Source of the DNA: Schmidtea polychroa
Taxonomy: Eukaryota
Direction of reading: 5' to 3'
DNA length: 64,000 bases
NCBI GenBank assembly: GCA_044892525.1
Contig: CM097885.1
Coordinates: 122,078,001 to 122,142,000 of the forward strand
The position numbers were made by a program, and so were the translations under genes. Positions 36,517-50,259 of this stretch are shown piece after piece. Each line of letters begins with the position of its first letter. Position 1 is the first letter of the stretch. The notes under the pieces were generated by a model that was not told where the DNA came from, did no database searches, and was given only the letters and a program-made list of their open reading frames with translations.

Positions 36517-39500
36517 CAAATAGAGACTGACAGGCTCTGTTGTGCTTTCTAGGGTTAAATAACGATAAAATAATTTACTTAATTCCAATTTCCAGTCAGT
36601 GAAAAAAAGGAAAATACGTAAGCTGTGTAGGAAAGAATGATAAATAAATATTATACAATTAATTACACCAGGGACCCATTTGTTAAAATAAAAATCTTTG
36701 GTGACCCGTTGGCAATTAAAATTTCCGCCTAGGGGGACGAAGTGAGCGACGGGCGATTAAGGGGTCTGGGCAGATATTCAGCCGCCAACGCTTTTTGGGA
36801 GTATTTAGGTGTAACAATTTTGACACCCATAGGGAAAGCAAAAAACGAACAGTCAGAAAAAATTGGCAATGTTGTCGCAAATATTTAATTATGGGTTTTA
36901 TGAACTGTATGGCAAAGTCGAATACGCCTAATAAGATGCCGGAAAACGTCGGAAGTTATGTATTAGTGTGCACATTCATATTGTGGTGTCAAAATAAGAT
37001 TTTGGTTTGGATTCTGAATCGCGAACATTTTAAAAAATCGCTGCGTGCACGCTGTAAGCTCTTATTCTTAATGTATGCGAATCGAATGACAGCGTACATA
37101 GCAGTACGGTCAACCTATCTTAGGTCCTGCGCACGGGAGTCAAATAAAATTTATTTTTATTTTCTGATTTGGTGACCCACTTGGAAGGATCCCGCGACCC
37201 ACAAGTTGGGAAACGCTTGATTAAACTAACCTATTGCATTATAATATATCAAAATCGTTGTTTTAAAATCAGTGGTTATTTTTTATGGTTGTGTTTGAAT
37301 GTTGGTATGTATGTGTGTTTGCAGGTATTCTGTATTAATAATTAGTAAACCAATAAACTCCCTTTTTATAGGTATTGTAATAAAGAGCTATATAATAGCG
37401 TGTTGAAGATTTATATTGGATAATAAAATTTGTTACAACTATGTCCCTTCTTACCAATTTGTATGTGTTTAATAAATACGATCAACCCTCGTTTTATCTT
37501 TGATGTAAAACACTGAAAATGGGTTCGAGGATTTCATACAAACTTGTGTTGCGAATCAATTTGCGCCTTCCAAAGAATTCGTTTGCCAGAATTCACTCGG
37601 AAAGAACCGAATCCAAATAGCATTAATTGAATATAGTTTGTAGTATTTCTGTTTTTGTTAAAATTGTTTTTCCCAACTATGTATAACTTAATTAATTTGG
37701 TAACCGTTTAATGTTTATTGATTTTTTTATTAATTTTAAAATATCGTGTTTTGAGCATCTACCAAAAATTGTTAAAGATAAAAAATGTTACGCCGCGTTG
37801 CATTTGATAAAAAATAATCAACAAATTAAGTTATAATAAACAAAGCAAACTCACGTGTGTGGCTACACCTGTCTATTTATTATAAATTTCAAGAAAACCT
37901 AAAATATGTTAATGAAACATACAAACACATAATTTTATATGGAGTTTTATATTCCCTTTTATACGGAGTGTACAATATATTGTACACAGTTTTGTGTGCT
38001 GAATATCTGTTGTAAGCTCAGTAAAATTAACACCTACTGATACGAAATGTACAATATAATGTACATTCTCTAAAGCCGTTATTTAAAAAAAAATTAAATT
38101 ATTTTTTTATTTTTTTGCATAATTTGAGTCCCCTTACTAGGTTTGATGGTCTAGATCAGAGGTGTGCAGCCAAAAGTGGTCCGAGGGCCACTTTTAGGAA
38201 AATTATTTTTATAGGGCCAGAAAAAATTTTTAAAAAAAAACCCCCGCTCAAATAAAAAAACCCAATTTCTTTTCAGCGGAATTTTTCTTAGGGTTTACCT
38301 TTTAATCTAAAAAAACAGGACACTATACGCTTAATTACTGCAGCTAGTTAGCATAGTGTACAATAATATCCGCTTTAAACTATTTAAAAAAATGAACAGA
38401 TTAATTATTTTATTCTTTCTGTGACTTTGAACTCTCCACAAGAGAATTAATGTCCGGTGAAATCCCGGATATTGCTAATCGCAAGGAACTTTCAAGATGA
38501 TGATCAGTTATCCTGGATCTCTGAACTGATTTAACGAATTTCATTCTGGAGAATAGCTGCTCACACTTGTAAGTGCTACCAATCAAAGCCAGTCGCTTTT
38601 GAACAAATCTTGATAGATTTGGAAATTCGCTTGCTGGAAAAAGTTTCATGGTTTTTGCTTTCATCCTCTGCTCTATTCTCCCCTGTTAATCTATCAGTTC
38701 CAGTTGGATTTGATGTGGAGCTGTTGAAACATCAACATCGAATGGAGAAGAAAAAATTTTAAATCCAATATTATGAATTCGAAAATCATTAAATCGGATC
38801 ATAAATTCTTCATGTAAAATTTCCAATTCATTGGCAAATTCCTGACAACATAATTCACTTTCAAAATGCTTTAAAAGTGTTGGAAAGTGATAAACTCAAT
38901 TTATTCGTATGTTTTTTGATTTCCACGGGCCAGAAAAATTCGCCTCACGGGCCACCATTTGCACGCCCCTGGTCTAGATAATTAATTTACCCACAGAATT
39001 AATTCCCGAATGAAACGGTTAATAAAATAAACAGGGAATGAAATTTAGCACCTAATAAAAGATTTTTTTGAAATTTGATTTGTTATTAAATTATATTCAA
39101 AAAATTCAGTTTTTTTTTAAGTAAAAACAATTTTTAAAGCTCGAGTGAATAATCAATAAAAGTTTATTTTCGATTATTTATTGTAAAAATTGTTATATTT
39201 TTTCGGAAGAAAAATTGTTAATGAGGAAAAGTACAAATGTAAAATACTATTAACTTGATAAAAATATTTTTTTCAATAAATCACATAAAAGATCAATGGG
39301 ACTATATTATCTCTAGATCCTAAGATAACACCCAAAATTCCACATTTCTATTTTAATAATCACTCACAATTAGCATAATTCTTTCACTATTATTTCGATA
39401 CTTCATTCTTACTACAGGCATCGTAACACACTATTTTGCTCAATTCCTATTTCATTATAATTTTACTGTCTTTATAAAATTATTGAAACTTTCATATTAT

Positions 39501-39768
39501 TGCGTAAAGGGATTATAATTATATGTTATATTTACAAAAAAATTTCCGTATATATTATTTTTGAGTCTTACTTTTTCTTAATTGATAAATTATTTTTAGA
39601 TATAATTGGTCATGTATGGATTGCAAAAAATGCCATAAATGCTCTCAAGCTACTGATGAAGAACAAATGATGTTTTGTGATAAATGTGATAGAGGTTATC
39701 ATGCGTATTGTGTAGGACTTAAAGGTATTCCGGATGGCAATTGGGAGTGTTCAAATTGTTCAAAATAG
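32662..39768 (+). CDS. PHF10: PHD finger protein 10 (BAF45a/SAYP), 444 aa
   Basis: Exons 32662-32763, 32808-33044, 33089-33337, 35213-35790, 39600-39768; all GT-AG and in frame (1335 nt). Motifs EYRWP, IKSFKRKYPDL, GLTALRSDEV, YWDLQT and a C-terminal double PHD finger. Confidence 0.9.
35947..36170. mobile_element. piggyBac MITE in PHF10 intron 4
   Basis: TTAA|CCCTTTCGCGGACAC ... GTGTCCTCGAAATGG|TTAA; subterminal palindrome gtcggcctatgccgac. Confidence 0.88.
36435..36513. repeat. (TA)n microsatellite
   Basis: About 39 units. Confidence 0.98.
36670..37219. mobile_element. Non-autonomous hAT-like fragment
   Basis: Right end ..gacccacaagttgggaaacgcttg resembles a CAGTGTTTCCCAAC TIR; repeated ggtgaccc motifs; other end not found. 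Confidence 0.5.
38157..38971 (-). mobile_element. Internally deleted hAT (SPIN/GTF2IRD2-like), 815 bp
   Basis: TIRs CAGAGGTGTGCA / TGCACGCCCCTG, perfect 8-bp TSD gtctagat; C-terminal FPNL..GSTYKCEQLFSRMKFVKS. Confidence 0.93.
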
Positions 39769-39989
39769 TCAATTTAATTTTCTACTTATATAAAGACAAA
39801 TTTTGCATTTATTAAATTTTTTAATATAAATATATATTATTGTGATATTTTGTATTTTTTTTAATGTTTCAAGTTTATACAATTGTATTTAAAAACAATT
39901 AAATGATAATTTAAGACTAAGATAGTCCTTTTCAATGGACTTTAACAGCTTCTAAAAAATATATTTACTGAATTGATCAATCATGACCA

Positions 39990-40830
39990 TAATATACTGT
40001 TTCCCACTAAACCCTATCTTAAATGCACTATAAAATCAAAGAAAACACTTTCAAATGGTTCATTTGACGATAATCTATGAACTATTTCACGCGTTTTAAA
40101 TGTTAACTTTTTCTCACAGATATCACAATTTTAGTGATTTCATCTACTAACGGAACAAAAATATATTTCTAATATAATCTTTAGGCTTTTCAGTACCCGC
40201 ATGAAAAGTTCTTTGTGAATTTCTTCTATAAAAGTTTTACTCTTCGGAATATAGGCTTCATTTTCATATTTAATCAAATTGTCACTTAGCAAATATTTGG
40301 TTGGTTCCCCTGATAGTATTGTATCTTTTCGATTTTTTTCATCTTTCCTATTATGCTACTTTAATATACCTCCACTGTCGGTTATTGCCAAAATTCAAGT
40401 TCTCATTTTCTCCACTTTTGCATCTGAATGATTGAAGTTGTACTGTGAGCACTGTCTAGTATCCATTCTAGATAAAACAGATGCATTGGAATGTAATTCG
40501 CCTTTGCGATATTCTAGTTTCATAATCAAAATACTCAAAAAGATGATCCAATTTTGAAATTGGGCTGTTATTAGTTTCTTTAATGTCATCATAAATGTTA
40601 TGGCTTTGTGATCAGTGCGTAAAATGAATGTTCTTCCATAAAGATAATGTTTTAAAAGTTGTGTAAAAGTGAAATATAGACAAAAATTCTTGTTATGCAA
40701 TAACCAATCTCGTGAGTATTCAAACTCTTTGAAACATAAGCTATAACGTTTTCATTATTGAAACTAATTCTTTGTGATAATACGGTACCTATGGTGTCAA
40801 AACTAGCATCTGTATCGTCCTTGTTAAGAG
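39990..40830 (-). mobile_element. Degenerate Gypsy RNase H / integrase-linker fragment
   Basis: HYLYGRTFILRTDHKAITF..LEYRKGELHSNA; upstream frame with tDASFDTIGTVLSQ-like motif. Confidence 0.8.
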
Positions 40831-43800
40831 CTATCTTATAGTCGAAAACGTTTTCATTAAATACATTATTCGAACCAAAAGCCTTAAATTATCACTTAAT
40901 TATTAATATTATTATTAGTAGTAGTAGAAGTAGTAGTAGTATGATTACTATAAATATAGTTGGGATTAGTACATAAACCAAAATAATTATTTATAAAAGG
41001 AAGGCATAACAATTATTGGTAAAATCAATAAAAGTGCAAAATTAATTAAAACTTACTAAAAATCAATATTGAAACCCTCAAATGTTTACCTAGGATTCCC
41101 GGGAAATAATTAATTGCAGTTCTGTAGGTAATAAACCTCTCAGAAACAGTATAAAAAGAATCAGGCGATCAGTGATAAAAAAGAATATAGTAATTCGAAA
41201 AAAGTTTAATCCTCTTATCGAGTTATAATTGAGCGAAAGGTGCAAATATAGTGACAAATTGTAATTTGATTGAAATGGGATAAAGTTATTCTGTGTTGGG
41301 TCTCGACTTATTTGTTTGAATAAGAACACGAGGAGTCAGAGAGAGGGAATAAATAAAACTCAACAATATTATTATTACTTTTACGATTACCATTAACATC
41401 TTTAATCTTGTGGTCATTACTGTTATTGGTGGCATTATAATTGATCAAGAACCTCCGCTATCATTAAAACCGTTCCTTCGCTCTTAATATTACCATTATC
41501 ATCTTATATATTTGATATTATCATTATCAACCATTACAAGAAATATAAAATAGATAATAGAAAAACCAAAATTTATTGCATTAAAATTTATAATTATTAT
41601 TTTGCGAAATTTAACCCCGAATTACCCCATTTAGGTCCAATCATCGAAAACAGTGACATCTTAAAGTATTCTCCAATTCTAAAATCATATATAAATCAAA
41701 AAACTAATAAAAATTCTTATCTGACCTCATCAAGACAAAGATTCCCGAAAATTCTTAATTATCGTGAAAGATTAAATTTTCAGATATTTTCGGTGAATTT
41801 CGGGTTTATATTCTCCATTTTTGACATCAAAGTCACTGATTGACTCAAAAAATTAAATATTGATATAAATTAAAATAATATTACTGTAAATTTTCTAATC
41901 TTGCGCATAGTAAATATTTTTCCTAGGATTGGGGATTGCGTTATGTATAGTTGAATTTTGCCGTATATGTTGATTGTCAAGGGGAATGGGATATCATAAA
42001 AAATTCTCGAAAATTCTTCTTTCTACAGTATGAGTCTCACAGAATTGTTCTCTTTGAAAGTAAAAACTTATAATTATAAAATTAGAGCAAAACCTTTTTC
42101 TTTTCAAATATAATATCAATCAGCTATATTATTTTACTCCTCAATATTAAAAAAAGGGCACCACAATTGGTAGAAAAATTTGATGATATATCATTTGCAG
42201 AGATCGATGATTTGTTATTTGACGAACCTTTGTAGTTAACGCTATTTTACATTGTTTATTTAACTAGTAATGGAGAATTAAAAGTCAGAAGCAGTCATAT
42301 TAAAAAAACTTTACCAAAATTTGGAAATTTTCAGCGTTGATGCAAATAAACAATCAGATTTTTCAAAACCTAAATTTTTCGATTATATATAAATTTTGAG
42401 CGTTTTGCATGTGTTAGATGATGAAGGTAGGCCCATCACTAGATATACCCTAGATAAGTATTATAGAACAGGGCCAAACAAATATAGGGTCAATGTGTTC
42501 GCCGAAGAACGTAATTAGATCTCTCGCAATCCAATGTAAATAAAACTCTCTATATCTATCAATCCAATTCAACAATCCAATTTCCCAAAGAAAAACTTTC
42601 AACATCTCCTGTGTATATATAATTCGAACTCTATTTTATTGACATTTATGTTATTATTGACTATTCTTGATATTTAATTTGATCCTTTATATGTGACTAT
42701 TTTTAATTATTTTATTCTTTTATTGGTGTATATATGGATTATTTTATTCTATTTTGTAGCTTGCTAATATATCTTTCTGTATACATATTTCATATTTTAC
42801 AAAAGGGTAAATTAATAATTAATTTTAGAAATAAATAATAAAAATAATAATAACAATAATAATATAAAATAATCAGCGATTTCGTCTATGAGTATTAAAA
42901 AGAAACAGCTGTCTTAACGAATAGAGCAAAAAGAAATATTAAATTATAAAACATGCAATATTCAATAAGTATATAACACGCAATGTTTAACAGATGGTAG
43001 CAAAACAAATATAATAAATATAATATATTAATATATAATATTCCGTGCGTATAGGCCAGAAATTAAAATATTTTATTTCATTAACATTTAAAATAGTATA
43101 TATAGCACAACAAAATTTAGTAAATCCGCCCAAAATTTCTTAATAAGCTCCTAAATTTTGAAGAGGTAATCTCTACGAGATTTTAAATTAAGACAGAACA
43201 AAAAAGTCTACCAGAAGATTTTTCACATTTGATCATATAACACGCAACATAACATTCTAAAAAAAATATAACACACATTTATTTCTTTTTGATCAGCAAA
43301 TTTTGGAAAAGCTCGAAAGAGAATTTGTGTATAATTAAAAGGTGAATTTTTCTTATTAATAAAACTTTATCAAATAGTCTTATTGTTATTTGTTATGTAA
43401 GAACCAGTAAGTTGGGGTTTTCAAAAGTGAGACCTCAACACATGGAAAATATGTCATAAGAACTCTTAGAAATTTGCAAAAACTTTGATCAATTGCTTTA
43501 GAATTTTTACAAATTACTAAAATTTGACCAACTTAAGAATTTTATAAATTTGTTAGGCTAGAACCTAAAATTGAGACCTTTTTTTAATGAGTCGGAAATA
43601 CAGCATAAAAACTGCACCAAGTTGAAATCAAATTTATGATCATACACCAAATAATACAAAATAAAGTACGAAACCGATTGAGAATAAATAAAACAGTATA
43701 ATAACATCAAGGAACGCAAGAATATGCAATAATTAACACAATTAAAAGAAAAATGACGCATTCGAAAAATCTACCAAATAGAAAATAAAAGAATAATAAA

Positions 43801-44219
43801 TGAAATAACTGATAATATAAGAAAATTGATAATATAAGAAAACAGGGATGATTATTGGTCATATTTACATATGAAAGACCATAATCAAAATCATTAGAAT
43901 CAATAAAATAATTGAGAATACAAAAAAATTAAGTATGATTAGTGGTCGTATACGAAGGACCATAATCGAATTAATTAGGAATGTTATGGCTGGTATTTAC
44001 ACTCGAATGAGCCATGGCAATGAGTGCATTAGTTAAGAAGAGGAATAGAAAAATATTCTAAATAAATAAATTTAAAAATTGAAACGAAAATTTCCATTAA
44101 AATTCATTTAATAATAAAAATTATAATAAAATTAGTTAAAAATGTTAATATTAAAAAATTTATAAAATTAAATGCTAAAAATTAATAAAAGATAAATAAT
44201 TTGATTATTTAAATTAATT

Positions 44220-44775
44220 CGACATGAATGGCCTCCGTCGAGTCGATCACTGGCACCGTTTTATGAATTTTAGCGAGTCAGGTTAGTAATAAGGAAAGTG
44301 AGATCGACTGGAAGTAGAAAAGGTTTGGTTTTGGGTAATATTAGAGAATCACCGAGTAATTAGAATCACTCTGACACAGAATTCGAAATATAGGCAGATC
44401 CCTGCTCAAATATTTTGAAGACTATGCCGAACATCCTATAGTTTTGCAGAAAGTATAAAACAACATTAATAACTGAGAAATAAGGGCGGATCCCTGTGAA
44501 AAATTTTCGAAAATCACATTAAAAAACATCTAGTAATGAGGATCATAATTAAACGAGTAAATAAATTATAATAATCTAAGAATGAACAATGACATAAGAC
44601 CTTCTATCGGCAGTCCATAACCCTAAAATCTAAATATAATGAGGATTAGTTTTAGAAATAGGGCTTAACTAGTCATTATGACCATGGATACGCAAATGGT
44701 ATAAAGTAAAATAGTCATGAAGGCTTGTGAAGGAGTCTATTCAAAATCCATAAGTAACCCTAGCACATTTAAATG
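44220..44775 (+). repeat. Unclassified 'Z' repeat copy
   Basis: Collinear nucleotide similarity to 57140-57745, including GATCCCT repeats and GACCTTCTATCGGCAGTCC. Confidence 0.75.
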
Positions 44776-45530
44776 ACACCGCCTAAGCGCCAACAAATTT
44801 AGGAAGTCTTAATTTAATATTTTAATAAATTTATCAAAAAATTTCTCTAGATTGAAAATAGATTAAATATACAGAATGGAGTCAGCAGGGGTAAACTCTT
44901 ATTATATCAAGAGAGACACTGGAGCTACATAGACTTTGGATAGGAAATATGATCTCACATATTGGGGAGTATATGCGTGAAGCATATGAGTATATTATAA
45001 GAATTTCTTTTAATTTTCGTCTCTGATTTCTTTTAGATTGACATTATATTTATTTAAAAATTTACTATGAATCAATAAAGCTATCGATGTTTTTTTAAAT
45101 TCACGAATTTTCAACACACCCTTTTATAAATGAAAATAAAATATTAGTCAAGCGGTTTTTAAAATTTAACAAAATCATTTTAGTATATAAATACATTTTA
45201 TTATTCTATAAATTTTATTTATGTAAAATATTACCGAAATTTCATTTTTAGGTTATTTTAAGGAATATCGACTTATACAAAATATTTCATTATTTGGAAC
45301 GAATTTGAGATGATTTTTGAGATTTTTATTGAAAGCGTGCAAACCTTTGTTTAAATATCTTTATATTTATATTTTAAATTTAAAATTACCATGTGTGATT
45401 CTAAAATTAATAAATTGTTTGATAATTTATCAACAGATAATACAAATAAAAAACGTACTGCTATCAGAAATGTTATTGAGAAGTTCCAGGTTTTTAATAA
45501 CACTTAATATTTTTCTTTAATATATTTTAG

Positions 45531-48500
45531 AATGTTGAAAATTTACGCCCCGAAATCATAACATTTTTATTGAAGGGTTTAGCTTCTTTTGGTAATGAAT
45601 CCCACAGAGGTTATTTAGAAAGTTTTCGCTGGGTCTTAGAATGCATGAAAGACGAACTTTTATCGATAGCAGTTACACAGATGGAAGAATATCTATTTAG
45701 TAAGTTAAAAGATTCTACAATTAAGGAAAATAAATTAGGGTCAATACTGGCATTTGACGCACTTTTAACATCTGTTGATATAACGAAAGTAACATAATCA
45801 TTGATTTAATTTTATTGATTAAACGTAGGTTGACAAAAACTCTGTTTTATGTTTTTATAAATATGTTTTGCTACAATTACACGATGCTTCTGTTGGATTT
45901 TTGTCAATTTTGACAATAATCAAGCTATTTAAAAAAGTAAAATGTAATTTCATTTACAACAACACATTATCTTATTTGTTCAGATTAAGATTGCAGATTT
46001 TAAAGTCATGCTGAAAGAATTACAGAATGAAATCTTTACTGTTGATAGTTTAGAACGTTTCCCGCAACATTTGCTATTATGGTTATCTCTTTCTTCAGAA
46101 CAAAAAGTAGCATTAGTTTTTTTTGTTTTTTCAACTATTTATATATTAGAAAGCTCTAAAAGCCGATGCGAAAACAATTCCAGAAATTCACTCCAAAGAG
46201 GTTTTATCGAAACTTCCGGCTCTAATAAAATCAAGCAAGAGAGATCAATTAATAACAATTTTCAATTATTTGACTATGTCGCGTGAATTTCAAGTAATAT
46301 GGAAATATTTAGAAATGTTAAATGAAAAAGAATCTGGAGTAAAATTTAAACAAACAATGTTAATAATGGCATTTGAATCAATTTGTCCCCACCCAAATGG
46401 TTTGATTATTAACAAAACAGCGAAAGATAGATTAGATTTGATTAATATTATATGGGACAATAAAATTCTTTTAAAATTCTTGATGAAACAACTAGCCCAT
46501 CCAGAGTATGAGCTCCATACTGTTTGCAAGGATTTTGTATTAAAAATTAATGGATCCCCGAATCAAATCTATTCTGAACAATTGCTTAAAATAGCACTCG
46601 AATTGGGGCAAAATTTCATCGTGGAAGAATTTAAAATTAGCCAAACATTGCGCCTGACCTATAGCTTATTCCGTCACATTGCCAATGGAGATATTCTCAA
46701 TTCCTATATTGAAAATTTGAAAACCTATTTCAATTCATCGGATTTCCATCAGAAAATTTACGTGTTTGAACAGCTGTCGATTGGATTTATCAAGTGCCCG
46801 ATTAAGAACTATAATATCCCGGAATTTCTATTGAACATCAATCATTTCTATAACTATGAAACGACTGACTCGGTAAAGTCCACAGAAATCGAGGCGGCTA
46901 AATCTGCATTCTTAAAATGCCTGAATGAAATGATTACAACCAATCAGTTAGACCAATTAAAAAGTCTGCTAGAAATCAATTTAAAAATTGTCAAAAATGA
47001 AGATTTGAAATCTCGAAACCAAGACGTGCTGGAATTTTATGGCTGTCCAAAGGAAATTTCCAAAAAACGCAGCGCTTCGAAACGTAAAATCGAGTGTGAC
47101 AAGATCGATCTGACGAATAATACAAATGCTATGTTTGTTTCATTGTTGACAAATTTGTGCCTTTACATGACAACTCAACAATACGATTATGGTAAATTTG
47201 ATTGGTTAATTTTATAACAATACTAATTTTCCATTGGTTAATCGCTTTAGAAACTATTGAATTATTTGATGACGTTTTTGTGTGCTTTAATAAATTTCGA
47301 ACTGAATTTAGTAGTGATAAAGATGTGGTAAAGAAATCGAGAACTGATTCTGATGATCTGGAACGCGATGGAATTGCCAATGAAAATGATTGGCGGATAA
47401 TTCTGTCAGATGGATTGATTGCGCTTCTAGAACAGAATTGTCATTATTTGCGTACTCTTTCCAGTCAGGTCTTTAAAATTATGGTAACAGAAAACCTATG
47501 TAATACAGCGGTAATCGAGCATATCAATATGAGTATTGAAAATACACAAAGTAAGAAACAAATGAAATTCACGAGTTTCTATTTTTATTAAAACTGTTAA
47601 GTGCAAACTAAAAACATTGACAATAAAGAATTGAATAATAATGCTGAAATTGCCGAAGCTAGTGATTCCAGTTGTGATGAAGAAATCGATATTAATGAGA
47701 CAGATGTTATGAAGGCGAGAATTTTCAATGCTTTAGGTTCGATGGTAGCCGATGTCAACAGCGATTCAGATGACAATTGTCCTGAGATGGACCAACCGGA
47801 TACCAGTGGAAATGAGGAGGATGAATTGCCAATACCGAACAATAAAATATCAATTAAAGAAAAACGATACACATTAGTGCAATTGAAAAATTTCCGAAAT
47901 CGTTGCATTGATCTATTGGAAACAGTGTTCCTTCACGCGCCTAAATTAAGCGACCGAGTGGTAATAAAATACAAAATTAATATAATTTTCACTAAAAATA
48001 TTTCATAAAATTTCAGCTAGCATTTACTTATTTAATAAAGCGAGAAGGAAAATCTCATTTATCAGCGAATATTGAGAATCGTCTATCAAAAGCGATTGTT
48101 CAATTCAAAAAATACCAACCACCAATGGAACTAACGGGCCAGGATGTTGTTTCATATTTGAATCAATTGCTGGGCGGTGTTGACAAGTGTCACCTATCGA
48201 AACCAATCATTGAAATCTATTCGGAATTAATTGTCGCTTTTCTTCGTATGAATAAATCCAATGGTCCAGAAATTGTGGATTTCTTTAAGCCGATGATTGA
48301 AAAGTGTATCACTGAGAAGAAAATGCACTCGATTAAAGCGATTTTTTTGAGAACATTTGACATTTTCCCAGAAATCTGCTGGGAATTTCATGGAGAATTG
48401 TTGAAATATATGAGTGAAAAATATTCCGACCAATCACAATTCCAGGCTGCTTGTATAGTAAAGAAAATAATCACCAACCGAATCCTAAAGGATATCGTTC

Positions 48501-48859
48501 AAAATCAACGAAACACATCTTATGCCAACAGGACGGATATTTTGGATTTTGTAAATCAACTGGGACAAACTGTACAAGTTTCCATTACGAATATGGATTT
48601 GCAATGCCATCCGAAAAATGCAGCACTGTTTATTGGGCTATTAACCGAATGCATGAAATTGGGCGGTTTTCCGTTTTATCAAGTATTTTTCTCGAATTGA
48701 AAATTATTCAAATTAAATTTCTTTTAGAAAATTAACAAAGATGTTTCAGATAAAATTAGGAAAGCAACAATCAACCCCATTCCTGTGGATTTGAAAAAGA
48801 CGATTAATCAATTCATAGCAGCGGCCGATTGTGCAATGAAATCTATAAAAAGTGTGTAA
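45531..48859 (+). CDS. MYBBP1A: Myb-binding protein 1A / Pol5-like nucleolar protein (5' exon(s) unresolved)
   Basis: Exons 45531-45788, 45829-45936, 45984-46106, 46150-47191, 47251-47550, 47602-47960, 48017-48682, 48728-48859; GT-AG, frame-consistent. Motifs LKGLAS..HRGY, LGSILAFDALL, an acidic tract and FRNRCIDLLE. Confidence 0.72.
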
Positions 48860-49376
48860 ATAAAAAATTAAAAAAATTTGTGTAATTTTTAATGGATTTT
48901 CATCTATTAGTGAGACTTAAAAATTTAATAGTTTTCAATTATTATATGCCAATTGAGCCGTTTAGTTTGAAAGTGACAAGCCCATTTACGTTAAACCAAT
49001 AGCTACCTTGAATTTTTTAATAAATAAATTAGGCCATTTTCAAAATAAACTGCTCAATAAATAGTATTCCCATTTATTTTCCATTATCGAGTTGTTGAAT
49101 CAAATTTAAATTATTAATCGGTTGGTCACTGTTATTAAAGGGAATACACAAATGGCTCACTTAAAGTTCAAAATTGGCGATGCAAAAATGCTACGCCAAT
49201 TGGGGCAATATTCTTATAAAATGATATTTAGATTTCACTCAATTTTATTTTTTCTATATTTAACGGGTTAGGGTTAACATATTAATTTATTCTCTAATGA
49301 AATTTGTTTGTAATTTTTTTGGGATTTTCCTCCTTTCGCCATATAAATCTATGGATGATTAAATTAAGATATAAAA

Positions 49377-50259
49377 CAGGCATGCCAAACATGCGGCATG
49401 TTGTATGCGGCCCGCTACGGTAGATTATTTAACATTTCAGTCAACCTTATTTTTTTTAAATAACTCAAAACACAATATGTATTTCAAAAATTTATACCTA
49501 CATTTCATCTTGTGCACGCAAGATACTTAGTAAGAAATCAGATCCTTTTCGACTAAAGTAGCACAGCATCAAAAATGCTTGAGTAACTCTAGTGACGTTC
49601 TGCTTCAAAAAAACGTATGTTTTGACGTGTCTTGACGTGCGATGTTTTTTGCGTTTATTAATCAATTTTCACTGTTTTTCAATTCTTTCTTTTGTAATCA
49701 ATTACGAATTTTTCAAACATTCTAGCAGTATGAAGAAAAATCGGTCAATTGAAGAACATCGTAGTTTTCATGAAAAATGGAAGATACAATACTTTTGTAT
49801 ACAACGAGGACAAAATAAAATTATATGTTTGATATATAGAAAATCTTTTGCAATTTGCAAAGAATATAATATTAGAATATAACACTACCAAACAAGTCAT
49901 AGCAAAAGTTATGAAAAATATATTTCGAAACTACGTGTGGTTAAATTGTCAGAATTAAAGTTGACACTTCAAAAACAACAACGTGTATTTACCAAACCTG
50001 TTGAAGATAATTCAGCAGCTGTAAAAATTAATTATTTGTTATCAGATTTAATTGCAAGAAAGCCAAGACCTTTCACTGAAGGCGAATTTATCCGTGAATG
50101 CATGATTAAAGCAGTGGAAGTGTTGTGTCCAGAACAATTAAAGAAATTCAAAAATATAAGCTTAACTCGAAATACCTATTGCTAGAATTTAAAAATTCAA
50201 TTAAAATCAACAATCCCATCATTTAAGACCTATTCTATAGCAATTGACGAAAGTACGGA
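49377..50259 (+). mobile_element. hAT (SPIN/GTF2IRD2-like) 5' fragment
   Basis: TIR-like CAGGCATGCCAAAC; RSFHEKWKIQYF, KEYNI, RPFTEGEFIRECM, ISLTRNT; ends at AIDESTD. Confidence 0.88.

Noticed and set aside
37440-37640. Possible integrase/transposase exon on the minus strand in PHF10 intron 4
   Set aside because: Short, interrupted by stops, no motif I can name with confidence.
32662-48859. Non-standard nuclear genetic code, given the many in-frame stops in the window
   Set aside because: Both host genes splice into stop-free frames and end in TAG/TAA; stops are confined to decayed elements.
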